Position numbers and translations under genes: made by a program. A stretch of 64,000 nucleotides of DNA from Lingula anatina (lineage: Eukaryota > Animalia > Brachiopoda): positions 49,020,788 to 49,084,787 of the forward strand of contig CM120640.1 in NCBI GenBank assembly GCA_051362555.1. Direction: 5' to 3'. The number at the start of each line of letters is the position of its first letter. Position 1 is the stretch's first letter. Under the pieces are notes generated by a model. That model did no database searches. It was not told the DNA's origin and saw nothing but the letters and a program-made list of their open reading frames with translations. This document shows positions 40,201-55,800 of this stretch, one piece after another.

Positions 40201-40658
40201 AAAGAAACACTGAAATCAAATTGCAAAAAAAGGAATTCTTTCCTAAAGATTATATGTGACCACATTTGCTAGGCAGTGGCCTCTCTCTCGTGTAAACCTG
40301 ACCAATGAGGCATTGCTCTACTGTAGTATGGATGTCAGCTTTTACATGACTAAAGGGGAACAATGAAACTTAAATGGCAGAAATCAATTTTATATAGCAA
40401 AAAAGCACTTTTACACAAAACTGTTCTTCAGTTCTCCCTAAAGTTGTGACATCACTGGTATACAGAATGAAATAATTTCATAAAGCAAAATATTTTTATC
40501 TAAATAATAATATTACCAGTAGTATTTAAATTCTGACACCCTGCTAGACATAGTGGGCTGTGACAAGGAACATCCTCCCTGATATAGTGCTCACGTACAA
40601 CACACAAAGTACGACCAAGTTTGTTCTTCACGCGGAGTAATTTTTGTGTTTTCTGCAT
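19298..40658 (-). CDS. DIS3L: DIS3-like exonuclease 1 (multi-exon)
   Basis: Start [37 protein letters not shown] (40658-40517). PIN-like exons at 40076-39940 and 39638-39487; cold-shock [13 protein letters not shown]; RNB motifs [16 protein letters not shown] (30135-30275), [25 protein letters not shown] and [13 protein letters not shown] (about 21620-21670). Last exon ends at TGA 19298. GT-AG boundaries. Confidence 0.93.
20230..20420 (-). mobile_element. Terminal fragment of the TGTACAGACA Helentron-like element family
   Basis: gcagcaaagctgtcaaatgtacagacaaaaagcag matches 34692-34727 and the reverse complement of about 58165-58204. Confidence 0.65.
21981..24126 (-). mobile_element. 5'-truncated L1/Tx1-clade LINE in a DIS3L intron
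   Basis: RT motifs [14 protein letters not shown] and SLYADDTT; C-terminal zinc finger [18 protein letters not shown]; poly(A) tail seen as a T-run at 21980-21992; target-site duplication gcagaatct(tt) at 21972 and 24127. Confidence 0.93.
23104..23271. mobile_element. 168-bp MITE nested in the LINE
   Basis: TIRs caggtgcggat / atccgcccctg; tattc duplicated on both sides; homologous inverted copy at 57879-58046. Confidence 0.85.
25567..25874. mobile_element. Old MITE-like element
   Basis: Imperfect inverted termini gctggagcattagtagtaa / ttactctaatgctctagc. Confidence 0.4.
25903..28963. mobile_element. Helentron-associated non-autonomous element (HINE/DINE-1-like) with internal tandem array
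   Basis: Subterminal inverted repeats attgtaccaccagc (about 25939) / gctggtggtacaat (about 28948); terminal hairpin gtaccgccagcg-ctaa-cgctggtggtac; short cgga-like microsatellite; central tandem repeats. Confidence 0.75.
26110..27980. repeat. 146-bp tandem repeat array (about 3 + 8 units separated by a spacer)
   Basis: aaaagtaggtcaaaggtcaa recurs at 26850, 26996, 27142, 27288, 27434, 27580, 27726 and 27872, and also near 26259 and 26405. Confidence 0.95.
33530..34110 (+). mobile_element. LINE ORF1-like remnant (CR1/L2-type coiled-coil/RRM)
   Basis: [41 protein letters not shown]; degenerate; antisense to DIS3L. Confidence 0.55.
34680..36878 (-). mobile_element. Helentron-like (HINE) element, TGTACAGACA family, with about 160-bp repeats
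   Basis: Terminal palindrome atgtacagacac-atct-gtgtctgtacat at about 36846-36873; (gac/ggc)n microsatellite; about 3 repeat units at 36320-36780; inverted homology to 54436-58210. Confidence 0.75.
37193..39239. mobile_element. Non-autonomous TIR DNA transposon (about 2 kb)
   Basis: Perfect 16-bp TIRs caggggtcgaaatgtt / aacatttcgacccctg; gaagc duplicated on both flanks; multiple subterminal tttccc/gggaaa motifs. Confidence 0.85.
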
Positions 40659-41499
40659 GCTCTAATCTGCAAAAGAAAATGGGGATGTTTAAAAGACAAG
40701 CAATTATAACCCAATGAATTTCAAATAACAAATAATTCAACAAAGAACACATGCCACTTCACACACAGACATCCACATTTTATATCAAATGCACCTCCCT
40801 TCTTCTGGAATGATTTTCTGGAAATTTCCATCAAATTGCAACAAAAACAATGCGTTTGGGCACTTGTACAGTAGTTGGAAAAACCTGCTCCAATATGTAC
40901 ATAAACATAATTCTTTAAGATTTTTCATTTTAACATCAAAGGATTTGTTCTGAGGAAAGATAAATATATATTATCTATGACTGTTAAACCATACTGATAA
41001 TGAAAAGCATCTTCACTTTCCAGGAGTGACAACATTTGCCTCTAGCTGTCTCTCTGTTTAAAATGAAAAACATGAGAATAATCACACTTGTTAAAAATTG
41101 TTGCCTATAAACGACAAAAAAATTGCACTATTTCATAGAAAATCATCATCATGGCTGAGGGGTGAGGGAGAAGCACGTGCACCTCCAGCTCCAGAATCCA
41201 TTTTGATTTCCATTTTGCTTTCCCCTGCGTGGATATGCACGTTGGCTTTGAGAGCAAGACTGACAAGTTGCCCCTCCTAGCATAGAATTCTACACTTAAG
41301 TTAACCTGAAGGTATGATAAATATATATATATATATATCTTTGAGCAAAATGTCTAACATTTGACCAAATCATAAAGTGAACATGACAAGCACCTGTTCA
41401 ACTTTCGCACCGTGGTCCTGAAACATGGATGAACGCGCGAGTGTGGTCGTTGATTTCCAACAAAACAAATGAATTTTACTTTTAAAATTAAACAACAAT

Positions 41500-42522
41500 T
41501 AAATTAAACAACAATTACCTAACATTATCACATTTCTGTCAAACTGACCTTTTACTAAATAACATTTGAGAAATTTATCATATTTACTCTACCTTAATCA
41601 GCAAAATAATACGCGCAGTTGTGAGCAATAAGCTGAACACTGATCATGTATTTAAACCCCGCCCACTTTCGCAAAGTGCTACAACTTGTCCGTCAATCTG
41701 ATAAGGAACCGGCGTCTGCACGTTGTTCACACCATAACCAGAGCCATTGGGGAAAAGAAATTTCAGTTTCATTGTTCCCATTTAGCCATGTAAAAGCTGA
41801 CATCTGTACTTAAGTAGTACCTAGTACAGTTAGTAGCTGCAAGGAGTTACAACAGTTGTAGACTAACTCCTTGGTAGCTGCTACTGCATGGTCTCTAAGA
41901 AAGTTTTTTTTCCATTTGCTAAAGCATCCATATTTCCTAATTGAATTCTATATATACTTTTATTTTTTAGATGCAGACAAATTTTTTTAAACTTTTTGAG
42001 CTTGGGTCTTTACTCTTTCCTTTTATGTTAAACTCAATTAATATTCTATGTTTCAGACATATGAGCTTCTTGACATAGGAAGAACTTCCTTCCTTTTGTC
42101 AGTGTTTTCAAAAACTTTACTCTTGCAATAATTCCCATTATTTTCATTTTCCCCAAAGGCCCAATTTCTATAGATCTATATGTTTTACTTGCAGTAAATG
42201 TGACTGTGCATGGCTATTTTCCTCAGCCGTTTCTCTTGTTTGCAGCATGTCTGTTTCCATATCTAGTTGGTCCAGCAGATGATCAATACATTTTTGAACC
42301 TCATCTGTGGTTGGAGGAGGAGATCTCGCTATTACATTAATCAAAGAAAAAAAAAAACGCGCTTATTTAATTTCCGATGAAAACAGCATCTTTACGGGAA
42401 CGTCATGAACGAGGTGACCTGAGCGTTCCACGAAGGGTCACACAACAAAAGTAAATCGGGTCTTCCCAGGAGTCATTGCGGTACATGCGCATAAGAACGC
42501 CCTTTCCTTTTGCCGCGCCATC
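41500..42522. promoter_or_regulatory. Divergent promoter region between DIS3L and the SR-protein gene
   Basis: Candidate DIS3L non-coding first-exon donor (ttacct at about 41515-41520); GC box ccccgccc at about 41657; CpG-richer segments at 41400-41760 and 42360-42520. Confidence 0.5.
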
Positions 42523-45634
<3,112 letters not shown>

Positions 45635-46590
45635 GGATGTCATATGATCAAACGCACTTTTATGTCTGTAAATGTTTTAGACTGGATCATTTGAGCACAA
45701 GCAATCGTGTATAGCATTTCCATACAAGGATATCTGAGCAAACTGTAATGAAACATTCCTATGCATTGGTACGACATCCCTGAAGATAACAGTAATTGTC
45801 AAAGCGCGATAAGCATCATGCATGGAATTTCATATTACAGACAATATTGGCACATTTAATGAGAAATTGCAAAAACTTTGTATTTTTTGGAAGATGGTCA
45901 ATTTTTCAACCTAGCAAAATTGAAATGATAGCAATGCTATGAATCTTTTAAACAAGGAAACCCAAGTTGCCTAGAGCACAATGTAATATATATTAATTTT
46001 ACATTTATTAGTTGGGTAGAAAATGTAAACAATTTTAGGATAGATAGATTTGTACAGTTCAGTTTTATATTGATGTCTGGTAGTTTAGACAAATTTATTT
46101 AATAAAAAGGTTTGAAAAAATGCCCTTCACGTATTTTGTAAGGATCGATCATTGTATTGAACAAAAGGGCAATCAATTTAAAGATAACCTCAAAAAGACT
46201 TTCTATTCGATGATTATTTTTTCTGGTTAGAACCCAGCATTACATTTACAGTTCCTATGTAATTTGTTGGCAAATTATTCTTTTAATTCTCACTTGGCAA
46301 AATCCTTATACATCCCATTTAGCAGTTAGAAATAAAGCGATCTGAAATAATAAAAGCCCAACTAAAGGAATGTTCACATGAATCAAAGTTGTGGAATATG
46401 ATCTTTTATAGAAACATCTTTCTTGTAACTATCACATTAAGAAAATTTTGGAATGGAGTTAACCTATTAAAAAACTGCCTTTTGCATGCATTTATACCAC
46501 TCTTGAAAGATGCATTATTAAGCAATCTGAGAGCTTCCTTTGTTGGACTGCTTATCAATGTTTTCAACAGCATGCATAGTGAGTAAAGTT

Positions 46591-49572
46591 CTAAAATTTA
46601 ACCATTCCTTCTGCTGCAGCCAAGTTGTATAAAAAGTTCTGTGTTGCTGGTGGCATTTTCCTTCCTTGCAAAATTTCAAAAGAGATGTAAGGCTTGTCAT
46701 CCTCTCCAACTGTGGCCAAGCTCTTTAAATTATTCAAGAGCTCTTTTGTCTTTACAGATATCTCCTGGAAATTGAATAAAGGGATAAACTGGATATTTTT
46801 ATGAACAATGCAACTTGTCAGTGCATGAAATGGTACAGAAAATAAAAACAAAAACATTGTACAAAGCTATTAACAGATGAGTCTGTTCAAATACTAGGAA
46901 ATGAAAACGGCCACTGCATAACTTGTATACTAAATTTTAAACCAGCTTGATATAATTACAAAATTTCTACATACAATGTTATAGTAAATGTTTTAGTAAC
47001 ATTAATTTAGTCTAAAATGTACTTAGTGTTGAAAACGGTTTAGTTTGAAGAAATAAAATGATACAGCATTCATATTTAATGTTCAAGGATATCTGAGCAA
47101 TTTTTTCTGAGCTTATTTTTTAAAAGAATAAACTTAAGTGAAAATAATTACACTCGAAATGTTCACTTATTTTGCATGAGGAGATTGAGGGAGGGCGTTG
47201 TTGAGCTTATGACCTGGATACCTTCTAACTGTCTACACCTACCTTGATTACCTGCTGTTCTCCCATGTCATCATTATCTGCACACTGCACCATGAACATA
47301 GCTATGTCTTTGTGGAGCTTACCCATTGCAAGGGATTCTGAAATAACCAACGTGATTGTTTAGGAGATTTGGTTCTCACCTTTTTAAATGGCGGAACATA
47401 ATCTGCCTGATGACCTTTAATCTGGGAATCATAAAAAGCTCAGCAACTCAAAGACAAAATACTAAACATGCACTTCCATTCATTGAAAAAATCTGCACAA
47501 TTTTGCCTATAATCAAAATTCTTTATTACCTTTGGCCTGGGGTGCTATTGTAATTTCTCTGGTGGTCATAGCCACAAAAATGTCATACAGTTCATTTCTG
47601 AAACAAAAACTAATTTCATAAAATGACAGACTCTAGGTTAATTCAACAAGACTAACATTTAAAATCTACCAGATGAAAGCAAGAAAAAACTTCTTTGTTC
47701 ATGACAATAATATAAGAACTTGCCTCCCTTCAACAGCAGCATCAGTAAAGCCAGCAATGTAAGGTGTGCTGGCTCGCAGGTCTTCCAGCTCATCTTCCTC
47801 TAGATCCACATATGGATGAAGTACTCCCCAGTTCTGCCTGTGCCACACCAAGGCTGGAAGAACTCTTTAAAAAGAACATATAGAACAGATAATCACCCTT
47901 ATACACATTATAAACAAGGAGCAATTATTCTGCATTGTGACCTTTAATTTGAGACAGGTTTTTCAGTTATGTGGGCTGTTCAGAAGTAGCCATAGACAAC
48001 GTATCACCTGAGTGACCTACATCAAAATTAAGAATCGTGACAAGTATCTACCTCATAAAACTAAGTAAGGTTTCTACATTTGGATGAAGAACTGCTATTC
48101 TTTTCTTCAGAAGTAAAGCAGTGTAGATGACAATAGTTTCTACCCCAAACATGTTTATGACATCTGAAAGAGAAAGTATGTGGTTTCAATTTATGCATGC
48201 AATACCTTATAAAACTAAGTTAGGTTTCTACATTTTGATAAATAACTGCTATTCATTTCTTCGGAAGTAAACCAGTGTAGATGACAATAGTTTCAACCCA
48301 AATGTGTTTATTACATCTGAAAGAGAAAGTATGTGGATAGAACTTTCAATCTATAACATGCAATATGCATGTCGTATTTAGCAATATGGACAAAAAATGA
48401 AAATATTATGGTACTTAAGGAAAGTAAAAACATATTAAATAATTAGCTAAATTAAATTTATATCTATCTGACATACTTTATCTACCTTTTAATGATCCCT
48501 GTATATAAGCTTGTCTAGCATCAAAGTCTGAAACTGTAAACTTTCCATTTTCTTCTCCATTGCAAGCACCTTTAGTAACAACTGCCAGATAACTCTCTAG
48601 CATGGAAGCAGGATTACCAGTATTTTTGTACAGTTGGCACATAATATTACACAGAGCTTGATATTTTTCAGGGTTGAAATCTTTTGAAACCAGCACCAGT
48701 GAGAAATGTGTAACCTACAGTGAAAGGGTCATGAACAATTACATGTATCAACTTGAAAAGGGAAATCAATGGTTATTTTCCTTATAACACAAATATAACT
48801 AACATATATAAATATGTCAGTATTTTAATAAAATGTTTTAAGAGAAGTGATATGCATTTAATAAGTACATGATTTCAAAAAAAAAAAAATTCTGATTTTT
48901 GAAAAGAAAAAAGATAACATTACCTTGACCAGATCTGCTGCAGATACAGTTTTAATATAATACCAAGTGTGTTTATACTGTCCATATAAGAAGTCAGTGT
49001 ATGTTTCTCCTTGAAGCCTGCTCTTTCTTATGAATAGGTTCCTTTGGTTCTCTGTCACAGATGGGTATGACCATGTCCACAGAACATCCCCGTTACTGTC
49101 CTTTTCTACGAGATATAAAAATCTGCTTAAAAATGCTGCACGTTCGTTTTTCATCACTAATGACATGCTGTTGCAGTGTTTATCATTATTACCGATACAT
49201 TAAGATCATGCACAGATCTATAAGGACAAAGATGAAGAATGAGAAAGCATGCAATGACTGTTATGATATCCTACTTCTAACGTCTTCCTAGACTAAACGA
49301 AGAAATAGTACTGACAATAAAAATAAGGGGCGGTGCTTCCTGTATAATACTGAGTCTCAGGTAGCAAGGGAATTTAAGACACTAAATCAACCTATGCAAA
49401 AAATATAAACTCATTCACTATCATATGTTTGAAACACATGCACATTAAAGATATGTTTTTTGTATTTTTGTATGCCGAAAACGTTAGTGAGCTTAACACC
49501 GTTGTTGAGTTGCCAACCGGTGTGGTATTTACCAATCAATCCAGCACACAGCAAGTCGCAAAGTGCAGCCAT
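46591..49572 (-). CDS. DENND10: DENN domain-containing protein 10 (FAM45A)
   Basis: MAALCDLLCAGLI|EKDSNGDVLWTWSYPS; KDFNPEKYQAL; FGVETIVIYTALLLKKRI; LPALVWHRQNW; AMGKLHKDIAMFMVQ; ENFLY-like end QNFLYNLAAAEGMVKF*. Confidence 0.9.
48206..48316 (-). pseudogene. Decayed tandem duplicate of the DENND10 exon at 48052-48163
   Basis: Near-identical 111-nt copy of a 112-nt exon, with acceptor and GT donor retained, a 1-nt deletion and nonsense changes. Confidence 0.85.
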
Positions 49573-49896
49573 GACGGCTTTGACCTTCACCTGTAATCCG
49601 CTTGACCTATATTATTGTCTTACACGTCCTAGTTTTCAAAATATATCAATATATGCAAGATTGATGTAAATAAGCCATTGGAAAGTCATCATTGCTGCTA
49701 ATTTTTAACTTAATTTCTTTGCTTGGGACTGAAACAATTATAATTTTGTGCTTCTTTTAATGATGACGTCACACACCATGTGGACTGTAACCGCCATCTT
49801 GCTAGGTGGTACAGAGGCGTGTTGAGGGTCGGTAAGAAGAAAATGAACTAAGAAGTCTCCTGTCATTATTGAGAAGACTTTTCATCAGCGTAAACA
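49573..49896. promoter_or_regulatory. Compact bidirectional promoter for DENND10 and eIF3a
   Basis: ATGs are 324 bp apart head-to-head; CRE tgacgtca at 49764-49771; YY1-like ccgccatctt at 49791-49800. Confidence 0.7.
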
Positions 49897-52800
49897 ATGC
49901 CTACATATTTTCAGCGACCAGAAAATGCTCTTAAAAGAGCGAATGGTAAGTGCTGTATTTACTGTTTTGCGACTTGAACTCTCGGAAAAAATGACATCTG
50001 GTCAATCAGCAATGGCATTGGCATTTATTTGATATTTGCATTGAATTAGTGTAAATATACGGATACCACAGAACAAATGTATGATTTTGAACCTGGTGCA
50101 CGACTCGGTTGTTTCAAAATTTTAGTTGGGTGTCACTGAAAGACAGTTGCATCGTTGGGCCGTAAAAGTTTTGTAATGAACAGCTGTGCCTTTGAATTTT
50201 TAATTAGCTTCGGAATTACAGTTTCTCAGTCTCTTTCAAAATATTTTTATTACTTTATTTCAGAATTTATTGATGTTGGTAAAAAGCAACGGGCTCTTGA
50301 TGCTCTCTATGATGTTATCAAGAGTAAGAAGCATCGAACATGGCAGAAAATCCATGAGCCTATCATGGAGAAATATCTAGTTCTTTGTGTAGAACTAAAG
50401 AAAAGCCATGTCGCTAAAGAAGGACTGTACCAGTACAAGCTTATATGTCAGCAGGTAGAATAAAAGTGCCTTATTAAAAAAATCAAGATATGAAAAATTA
50501 GCTCATTTTGAGTATTGCATAAGTTACAAAAGTTGAGTTCAGTAATGCCAGACTTTTTTTATGGTGGGTAAAAAAGAGAGATGTAATCAGAGCATTTTGT
50601 TTTTATTTTAGGTCAATATTAAGTCACTTGAGGATGTGGTGCGAAAGTACCTGGCCCTAGCCGAGGACAAGACTGAAGAAGCCAGGGCACAGTCACATCA
50701 GGCTGTTGTTGATATTGATGATCTGGATGTCATACAAACCCCAGAGAGGTACGTGCAAAATATCACAGTGAGTAACTACCCCAATTTGTTCTCAAATGAA
50801 TTGTAGCAGCAACAGTTTCTGAATTAAAATAGAAATTCATTCCCAGTATCCAGAAGAAAGTTGTTTTCACTCTTTATAAGAACTTGATAAAGGATGCTAG
50901 CATCAGCCAATGATCTCGCCATTTCCATTAATTTACAAATTGCCCTTTATTTTTGAAAGAAAAATGCATAATCCAATTTTATTTTCTAATTCAGTCTGTT
51001 ACTGAGTGCTGTGAGTGGAGAAGACTCCCAAGATCGTTCTGATAGGGCTATTCTGACCCCTTGGGTAAAGTTTCTGTGGGAGTCCTACCGTCAATGTCTG
51101 GATTTACTTAGAAATAATTCCAGGGTAGAAAAGTTGTACCAGGACATTGCACAGCAAGGTATTGTTTATTTTGCTAATTGTGTAGATCATAAAGATATGG
51201 ATGATGAAATTTATTAGAAGTAAAGACCCATGTCTGACTTGGAATTGATAGTGTGTTGTCATTGTGTTAAAATAATGTTTCACTGAAAAAAATAGGATGT
51301 GATAGGTTGTCAGTATTTGCTTGAGAGATGAATGCATTGATTTTCATCGGATGTTGCATTGTGATTTAAAACATTTTTGTTTGATTTTCAGCTTTCAAGT
51401 TTTGCCTGAAGTACCAAAGGAAGACCGAATTTAGAAAATTGTGTGACAACGTAAGAAAATTCAAGCAGTATAACAGTTAAAACTCCAGTTTGTTACCAAA
51501 ATTAAAGATGTAATGCTAACCACGTCGCATAGAAAAAATAGCTTTTTAGATGTTACTTGTCATACAATAAATAATTTATTAATTGAAACATCAGAGAATA
51601 ATTTGATAACTGTGCGCCATAAATTTAATTGCTTTGATATATTTTACAGCTTCGCACTCACTTGGGTCACATCCACAAGCACCAACACCAGCAGACTGCC
51701 ATCAACCTGAACAACCCAGAGAGCCAGGCCATGCACCTGGAGACACGCCTAGTACAGCTGGATAGTGCTATCCAGATGGAACTCTGGCAGGTCAGCAGTT
51801 TAACAATAACTGTATTTGCTAATGTTTGAGGTAGATAAGTTTGAATTGCGATAAATCTGAATTACTTGTAGTAGATTTTGGAGCAATGCTATGAATCATC
51901 TCATGATAAAAATAAAAAGGTTTCTCCCTTTACCTTCACAACCCCCTTTGCATATTTCAATTACATTTCAGATTTTTATTTGTGATTGTTTTCTTTTCTT
52001 TGTCATTTACCTGTCTGTCCATTTGCTGCTTTGTTAATATTTATTTTGAAATTTGTAGGAAGCCTTCAAAGCTGTGGAGGACATTCATGGTTTGATCAGT
52101 TTGTCCAAGAAGCCACCCAAGCCATCTCTTATGGCCAATTACTACCAGAAGTTGGGTTTAGTATTCTGGAAGGCTGGCAATCGTCTCTTCCATGCCTGTG
52201 CTCTACATCGACTGTTCCATCTATCCAGGGAACAAAGGAAGAACTTGTCCCCTGAGGAGCAGCAGAAGTAAGAATGGTTGTAAAGATAAAATCAGAAGAA
52301 ACTTAAGATGCTTTACTTGTAGTCCTATCATGTAATTTATAAAATTAATTAATTCTTAGTCACATTTACATTTTCTTTAATCTTTTTAGCATTTGTTTTT
52401 TTTTTTGTAATGATAGTTTTATGATAGTTTCATCTATTTCTTCCATTTTTTCTCTTGTTTAAAGAATGGCATCTCGTGTGCTTTGTGCCACACTAGCTGT
52501 GCCAATTCTTCCCTCACGCAACCCAATTGATCAGCTGCTGGAAGTAGACTCCACTACACTGGAGAAGCAAAGACGTCTGGCAACACTGCTTGGTCTGCAG
52601 ACACCACCTAACAGAACAGCTCTAATTAAAGATTTGGTAAGTTTCTGTAGAATGAAGTAGTGTTGCATAGAATTGTTCAAAACAGTCTCCTTATTACCAT
52701 ATTTACCCATATGCCATATATTAAATGGTTTGTTTGTAATTCATATAGAAAACTATATTAAAATGATTATTTGAATATGCAGGAATGCCCTCCAAGGCGT

Positions 52801-55800
52801 TGCCAAGAGAGCTTACTGCAGCTCTTCTGGTGTCATAGAGGGCAGAAACCAAAGTGATGGCGTCTACATAAAACATTTTATATTGCAAGTGTTTTATATG
52901 TTCTACCATCAGACATTTACCCATGCCTATAATGTACCCACTTACTATATTTTGGAAGATAAACAGAAAAAACAATTCATTTATGACTCTTTTGATGTAT
53001 TTGAATATTTGTGGAATGTTAATTTGTCCCTTTTTTTCCACAGGTGAAGTACAGCATGCTCCAACACGTGCACCCTGAGGTTCAGAATCTGTATCGTTGG
53101 CTAGAGGTTGACTTTCATCCCTTGAAGCTATCCCAGAGAGTGGCCAGCTCTATGGAGTACATCGAGAACAATGAGGACTTGTGTCAGTATGAGTCTGCTC
53201 TGCATGAAATCACCATCACAAGACTTCTGAAGCAGGTATAATATTGAAAGCAGCATGATGCATTTCAGTTCAATTTTATTTTAGCTAAATTGATTGTAAG
53301 TCTGTAAAAATCTAATCAAATGGTTTAATATTGCTGTAAGATGTTTTCCACAGTTGTGTTGAATTACATCATTTAAAATGTTAAGAATAATTGGCATTCT
53401 TTTATTTTGCAAAGCTGATTTGACTTTTTTTTTCCAGATTTCACAAGTGTACCAAACTATTGAGTTTGCCCGCCTGGCTAAACTGGCTCCTTTTGCTAAC
53501 AAGTTTCAGCTAGAGCGTGTCATTGTGGACTCTGCTAGAAGACTAGAGTTGCAGGTATTTGATTAATGGTTTTAAACAGGATTTAAAAATTTGAAAAGAG
53601 GCAAAACACTTCCAAGAGTCTTTCAATTTTATAATTATGTCATCATAATTTTTATGTATTTATTAATTTATTTGCATATTTCTTAGCATCTAGATTGCTT
53701 TAACCTCACTTTGTTTCATTTTTGTAAAGATACGGATTGACCATCGCACCAAGTCTTTAAGCTTTGGAATGGACTTGGGAGTGGCACAGAAAGAAGATGT
53801 GCCGGAGGGTCCATATCTGCAGAGCATGCCCAGTGAGCAGATTCGCAACCAGATGACCAACATGGCTCAGGCCTTGCATAAGGCTGTCAACATGATCAAG
53901 CCAGAAGGCAAAAAGGTACTGTTTGAAGTTGTAAGATGTTATACTTGAGAGAATTTTCTCTCTTTTGACATGATATTTTCATATTGCACTGGGGTCAGAT
54001 TAAATTTTCAATGTAGATGTAGGAAAATTTGATGTCCTTTATTCAACCCAGACTTATTTTGATTACAGAAGAAGGAAGAAGAAATCAAGGAGCATATAGT
54101 GACAGCCTATCGCCAGACATCAGCCCGTGAGCATCAGCGTATCTTGTCTCGAAGACAGATCATTGAGGACAGGAAAGAACTGCTGGAGAGTCTCAGTGTC
54201 CAGAGGGTAAGGCAGTTCTCTTTCACAGATTTTTGTAGGAGCAGTGCTAATTATGCTTTGATAAAGATCAAGATCACTAGAATATTACTTGTAGTTTTAT
54301 AGTAAGATTGAACGAGTGTTGAAAAAATTTTTTAGTGTCATTGACTTTAGAGAACTGGGTTCCAAGTTGTTGCAATGAGGGTATTTTTTGGTTTCTATCT
54401 AATGTAAAAATAAAAGAAAATTTTGCGTAACATACTTTTTATGTACAGACACAGATGTGTCTGTACATATAGCCATCATCTGCGTCTGTCGTCGCCGTCG
54501 CCGTCGTCGCCGTCGCCGTGCACTTTTACCGATAACACGATAAGTGGAAAACCATTTTACCTTTTGACTTGAAACTTGCAGAACTGATGAATATTCATAA
54601 TACGCAGGTCAAGTTCAAAAATCAGCATGATCGGGTCACTTTTAGGGAATTTATGCTGTTTTTTCACTTTTTTCAGCATATATGCAGCACCGATAACACG
54701 ATAAGTGAAAAACCATTTTACCTTTTGACTTGAAACTTACAGAACTGATGAATATTCATAATATGCAGGTCAAGTTCGAAAATCAGCATGATCAGGTCAC
54801 TTTTAGGGAATTTATGCTGTTTTTTCACTTTTTTCAGCATGTATGCAGCACCGATAACACGATTAGTGGAAAACAATTTTACCTTTTGACTTGAAACTTA
54901 CAGAACTGATGAATATTCATAATACGCAGGTCAAGTTCGAAAATCAGCATGATCGGGTCACTTTTAGGGAATTTATGCTGTTTTTTCACTTCTTTCAACA
55001 TATATGCAACGCTAATAACACAATATAAGAAAAACAGACAGGCCAATTGTCATTATACTCACAGGAGTAGTCAAACTAACTAAAACGCAGGTTGAGTTCC
55101 AAAATCAGCATGATTGGGCCATTCTTTTAGAAGTTATGCTGTTTTTTCTTATTTCCTCAGATTCAATTGTTAGGCATGTTAACAGTCTCATTATTGAACT
55201 AATAAGATACCTAAAAGTGTTTGTTTGACATTTCCTGCATCTTAATAACATTGTTAGTTGATTATGTAAAAATGATGGTAAACTTGTTATTGTGTATTAT
55301 GTTATAAAGTGTCAAAAATGGAAATAAACAAATATCATTGCAGTTTGTCAGATTCAATCATCTACTATATTCATTATCTCAGAATGGAGGAAATTGGACA
55401 TTTAACACTGTTCTATTGATATTTTTCCCATCTCACCAATTTTCTTAGTTGATCATATACAAATGGTAGAAAACTGTTTATTTTGTTTTATGTTTAAAAA
55501 GTGTTTTAAAAATGGAAGTAAACCCATTGCAGAACAGTGCTGTCTTGTTTCAGCATATATGCAGCACCGATAACACGATAAGTGGAAAACCAATTTACCT
55601 TTTCCATTGAAACTTACAACACTGATGAATATTCATAATACGCAAGTCGAGTTCGAAAATCAGCATGATCGGGTCATTTTTAGGGAAGTTATGCTGTTTT
55701 TTTCACTTTTTTCAGCATAAATGCAGCACCGATAACACGATAAGTGAAAAACCGTTTTACCTTTTGGCTTGAAACTTACAGAACTGAGGAATATTCATAA

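Noticed and set aside
42240-42330. Short coding-like stretch on the minus strand (RSPPPTTDEVQKCIDHLLDQLD)
   Set aside because: No supported splice partners or recognisable homology.
51195-51290. Possible C/D snoRNA (gatgatga...ctga) in an eIF3a intron
   Set aside because: No terminal stem and only a short, uncertain rRNA complementarity.
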